Assembly: GCA_049424145.1 (NCBI GenBank)
Contig: JBMSSC010000098.1
Coordinates: 1 to 10,250 of the forward strand
Reading direction: 5' to 3'
DNA: 10,250 nt
From: Bdellovibrionia bacterium
GTDB taxonomy: Bacteria > Bdellovibrionota > UBA1018
A program made the position numbers and the translations under genes. Below the pieces are notes generated by a model that made no database searches, was not told the DNA's origin, and worked only from the letters and a program-made list of their open reading frames with translations. Numbering within the stretch: the first letter of the stretch is position 1; each line of letters opens with the position of its first letter. Shown piece by piece: positions 7,726 to 10,250 of the stretch.

Positions 7726-8780
7726 GCGACCGTTCCCGAGGGTTTGAACTCGGTTGATGGGTCCTTTGAGGTGGGCTCTTCGTGCTCGGTCCACCAGCGT
7801 TTTCCCATCGGGTGAGGAGTTCGGCCTAAGATCATTTGAGCTAAAAGCAGAGCCGTTCTTCCAGGAGCCTCCAGTTGAGGGCTATGACCAATGTTCTTCA
7901 AAATCACTGGTCGGTTGTAATTCTTCTTTTGGGATAAAAAACGAGTCCAAGCAGGAATCGTGGAGTGGGGAATCAGTCGGTCCTGATCGCCCCAAATGAG
8001 CCAAGTGTTGGCATCTAGTCCATCAGCAAGATCATCCAATCGATGCTCTTGTTGGATGGATAGCATGAACTGGACGACGTCTTCGCGGCTATGGAAGTCT
8101 TGTAAAAAAGGCATCACCCAGCGAAACCAAAGCGGCTCTTGAAAAAAGAGATAGGGTTTAAACGTATGAAACCCCTCTTGCATTGAGCGACGAAAAATAC
8201 CTTCAAACTCACTAAGACTGGTTTCGTTTGGAAAAATCCCTGAGGGACAAAACAGATAAATGGATTCAGGGCCTCCATAGGTCTGAGGGTTGGACTTGGG
8301 TCTGAGCTTCTTGCCACAAAGAGCGGTATAATGAGCACTGAGCCAGCCTCCTAAGGAATGACCCACGAGAGTGTGGGGCTTCAAAGAATCCAGCGAGTCA
8401 TTGACGGCCGTGAACATCAAGTCCATGGAGGGGAAAGATTTCTCCTTCGAAAGCACGCCGCTGAACGAGGGAAAGTCGAGTAAAACCACCTCGTCATAGT
8501 TTTTTTTCAGAAGGGGAGTCAGTAGCATCACGACGGGGTACCAAGATAGGGGCGAATCGCCAAATCCTGGAATCAGGATGAATCGCTTGGGGTAAGGGCT
8601 TTTTTGGGAGCGAGAACTGAAGCTCTTCCGCCACAGTCCAAGTTTCATATCACCACTGGTTCGAGTCTCCCAATCATAGCCTTGGGCTCGAAATAGGCCT
8701 CGAGAAAGCCACTCTAAAGCAGGAATTTTTTGGGTTAAGCTTGCCGTTTGGACGAGTTTTCGAATGGAGGGTTCAGCCAT
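7722..8780 (-). CDS. Alpha/beta-fold hydrolase (lipase/esterase-like)
   Basis: Oxyanion region LIPGFGDS, LDFP..G, nucleophile elbow GHSLGG, acid motif LIWGDQD.LIP and His motif GHSPQLEAP give a complete Ser-Asp-His triad. Confidence 0.92.
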   Translation of the reverse strand: MAEPSIRKLVQTASLTQKIPALEWLSRGLFRAQGYDWETRTSGDMKLGLWRKSFSSRSQKSPYPKRFILIPGFGDSPLSWYPVVMLLTPLLKKNYDEVVLLDFPSFSGVLSKEKSFPSMDLMFTAVNDSLDSLKPHTLVGHSLGGWLSAHYTALCGKKLRPKSNPQTYGGPESIYLFCPSGIFPNETSLSEFEGIFRRSMQEGFHTFKPYLFFQEPLWFRWVMPFLQDFHSREDVVQFMLSIQQEHRLDDLADGLDANTWLIWGDQDRLIPHSTIPAWTRFLSQKKNYNRPVILKNIGHSPQLEAPGRTALLLAQMILGRTPHPMGKRWWTEHEEPTSKDPSTEFKPSGTVA

Positions 8781-9031
8781 AGTCTGCTTTTATCATACGT
8801 AGCGTAAAACTCACGGGGTTTCGCCGCGGCGGTTCATGGGAAGATGAAAAGTTGCGTTTTCACGGGGCTCGAGTTTCCTCCGAGTGAGTTTGGGAACCTC
8901 GGCACTTGCCGGCTGGTCTTGATGAGGAGCTGAAAACGTCGATGAGCAGTCCGAGTCAGCTCGCTCGAACGATGAATCCACTTTTTCAGCACAACAAAGT
9001 TCCGGGGATATGAAGCTTGATTTTTTCACGG

Positions 9032-9059
9032 GTGACTTTGGAGCAAAATCATTTAAATT
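9032..9059 (+). promoter_or_regulatory. Putative sigma70 promoter of metF (leaderless geometry)
   Basis: GTGACT (9032-9037)-16 nt-TAAATT (9054-9059), then 6 nt to the ATG at 9066. There is no SD at a usable spacing. Confidence 0.4.
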
Positions 9060-9065
9060 GACCAA

Positions 9066-10019
9066 ATGATGAACTCTCTTCCTTTTCGCGTCGATCAAAA
9101 ACTCACCGATGTTTTGCAGTCACAAGCTTTCACCTTATCGGCTGAGGTGATTCCTCCTCGCAACGGGTCAGAGCAATTGAAGATTTTAGGGCAAATTGAG
9201 GAGCTGATTGGTTCAGGTGCCCAGTTTTTATCCGTGACCAAAGGCGCAGGTGGAAGTCTTCGAGGAGGTAGTCTCCCCATTTCCCAAGTGATTAAGGAAA
9301 CGTTTGGGGTTCCCTGTATTGCTCACTTTACTTGTCGAGACCTCAGTGCATTTGAAGTGGAAAATCTTTTGATGGATCATCACTATTTTGGCATTCGCAA
9401 TATTCTTGCTCTCCGAGGGGATCCGCCCGATGGACAGCCCTTTTGGAAGGCGAAAGAAGGGGGTTATCAGTATGCTTATGAACTGATTCGCCAGATCCGA
9501 AACTTAAATCAGGGAATTTATCTGGAGCGTTCAGGAGGTCCGGAGCGTCAGGTTTCAGCAAGCGGAGTGGAGCAAACGGATTTTTGTATCGGGGCTGCGG
9601 CATATCCTGAGCACCCCAACGAGAAAGAACGTCTGGAGTTTTTTCAACTTAAAGTCCAGCATGGGGCGGAGTACGGGATCACCGACTTACTGTTTGATCC
9701 AGAGAGCTATGCTCGGTTTCGAGATCTGTGTTCAAAAAATGGAGTGCATGTTCCGATTCTCCCTGGAACTCGCCTTTTAAAGTCCAAAGCGCAAGCCTAC
9801 CGAATGATGGAAAAGTTTAAAGTCACGGTTCCTCAGTCTACTTGGGACTCTTTGGATGAGCAGGAGGGGCCAGATTCCGTGAAAAAAGGCTTGGAGCTTC
9901 TTTTAGCTCTGTCCGATCAGCTGAAAAGTCTAGGGGCCCCTGGAATTCACCTTTATGTGATTGCAGACACAAAAGGTGCATCTTTAGCACTTAGGTCATT
10001 GGCAAGTGACAAAAAATAG
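9066..10019 (+). CDS. metF: 5,10-methylenetetrahydrofolate reductase (MetF family)
   Basis: Motifs SAEVIPP, SVTKGAGG, IAHFTCRD, GIRNILALRGDPP, YAYELI..I, FCIGAAAYPEHP, KVQHGA.Y.IT..LFD, VPILPG and APGIHLY. An alternative ATG is at 9069. Confidence 0.93.
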   Translation: MMNSLPFRVDQKLTDVLQSQAFTLSAEVIPPRNGSEQLKILGQIEELIGSGAQFLSVTKGAGGSLRGGSLPISQVIKETFGVPCIAHFTCRDLSAFEVENLLMDHHYFGIRNILALRGDPPDGQPFWKAKEGGYQYAYELIRQIRNLNQGIYLERSGGPERQVSASGVEQTDFCIGAAAYPEHPNEKERLEFFQLKVQHGAEYGITDLLFDPESYARFRDLCSKNGVHVPILPGTRLLKSKAQAYRMMEKFKVTVPQSTWDSLDEQEGPDSVKKGLELLLALSDQLKSLGAPGIHLYVIADTKGASLALRSLASDKK

Positions 10020-10048
10020 AGTAAGACAGGGTTCTCTCGCGTCAATCT

Positions 10049-10137
10049 GCCGGGGTGGCGAAATTGGTAGACGCACAGGACTTAAAATCCTGCGGTTCGA
10101 AAGGACCGTACCGGTTCGATTCCGGTCCTCGGCACCA
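10049..10137 (+). tRNA. tRNA-Leu (anticodon TAA), class II with long variable arm
   Basis: Acceptor stem GCCGGGG/CCTCGGC with discriminator A and encoded CCA; D-loop AAATTGGTAGA; anticodon arm CAGGA-CTTAAAA-TCCTG (TAA at 10083-10085); variable arm CGGTTC-GAAA-GGACCG; T-arm ACCGG-TTCGATT-CCGGT. Confidence 0.98.
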
Positions 10138-10143
10138 AGTTTC

Positions 10144-10188
10144 GATCAGGGCCATTCTCATGATGAACGAAAATGGCCCTGATCATTT
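10144..10188. terminator. 13-bp perfect hairpin downstream of tRNA-Leu, probable terminator
   Basis: GATCAGGGCCATT (10144-10156)/AATGGCCCTGATC (10172-10184) with a 15-nt loop. Only a short U-tract (ATTT) follows. Confidence 0.65.
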
Positions 10189-10250
10189 CAGGCTCTCATC
10201 AATGGTTCATATGGCTCGGTTCTACTCATTTGATAATGGGTCATTCTTCA

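Noticed and set aside
7726..7794. 23-codon N-terminal extension of the acylase given in the ORF track (start 7794)
   Set aside because: It overlaps the hydrolase gene by 73 bp. ATG 7725 gives a classic ATGA coupling and exposes a proper signal peptide.
8850..8926. SAM-I riboswitch resemblance on - (CTCATCAAGA...GGAGG...GCCCCGTGAAAACGCAAC)
   Set aside because: The downstream GGTGC-AA-TCC and a P1-closing GATGAG are missing, the spacing is wrong, and it points away from metF.
755..9603. Short ORFs nested in or antisense to tnaA, the 2166 ORF, the cyclase, acylase, hydrolase and metF (e.g. 755..1159, 3272..3553, 4939..5286, 7754..7999, 9343..9603)
   Set aside because: They are shadow frames of well-supported genes with no domain signatures.
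9999..10027. Dedicated tRNA promoter (TTGGCA-17-TAAGAC, or -10 TAGAGT)
   Set aside because: Neither pairing gives both a good -35 and a good -10, and read-through from metF is equally plausible.
10049..10250. tRNA-Leu as an integration site (att) for an island
   Set aside because: No duplicated tRNA 3' end or integrase is visible, and only ~110 bp of downstream sequence is available, so this cannot be evaluated.
1..10250. CRISPR array, IS/transposase, retron or toxin-antitoxin genes
   Set aside because: No regularly spaced direct repeats and no ORF with RT, transposase, nuclease or Cas motifs were seen.

Overview
Bacterial chromosomal window of roughly balanced GC, with no integrase, transposase or CRISPR array. 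Gene style and promoter motifs loosely suggest Bdellovibrionota/Oligoflexia, which is inference only. In order: the 3' part of greB (+); a ~300-bp convergent gap holding a ~160-nt rod-like fold and a GTAG-REP-like perfect hairpin; tryptophanase tnaA (-); a small exported/membrane hypothetical protein (+); a CHASE2-domain class III adenylate cyclase (+); a convergent, translationally coupled pair of alpha/beta hydrolase and penicillin/AHL-acylase-family Ntn hydrolase (-); a divergent metF with an atypical active site (+); and tRNA-Leu(TAA) with a downstream hairpin. The best leads are the candidate ncRNA and REPIN in the greB-tnaA gap, a recurring leaderless gene-start layout (including a sigma28-like promoter on the cyclase), the hydrolase-acylase module beside indole and cAMP genes, and the Gln-to-Asp change in MetF. 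No clearly new multi-gene system can be shown from sequence alone.
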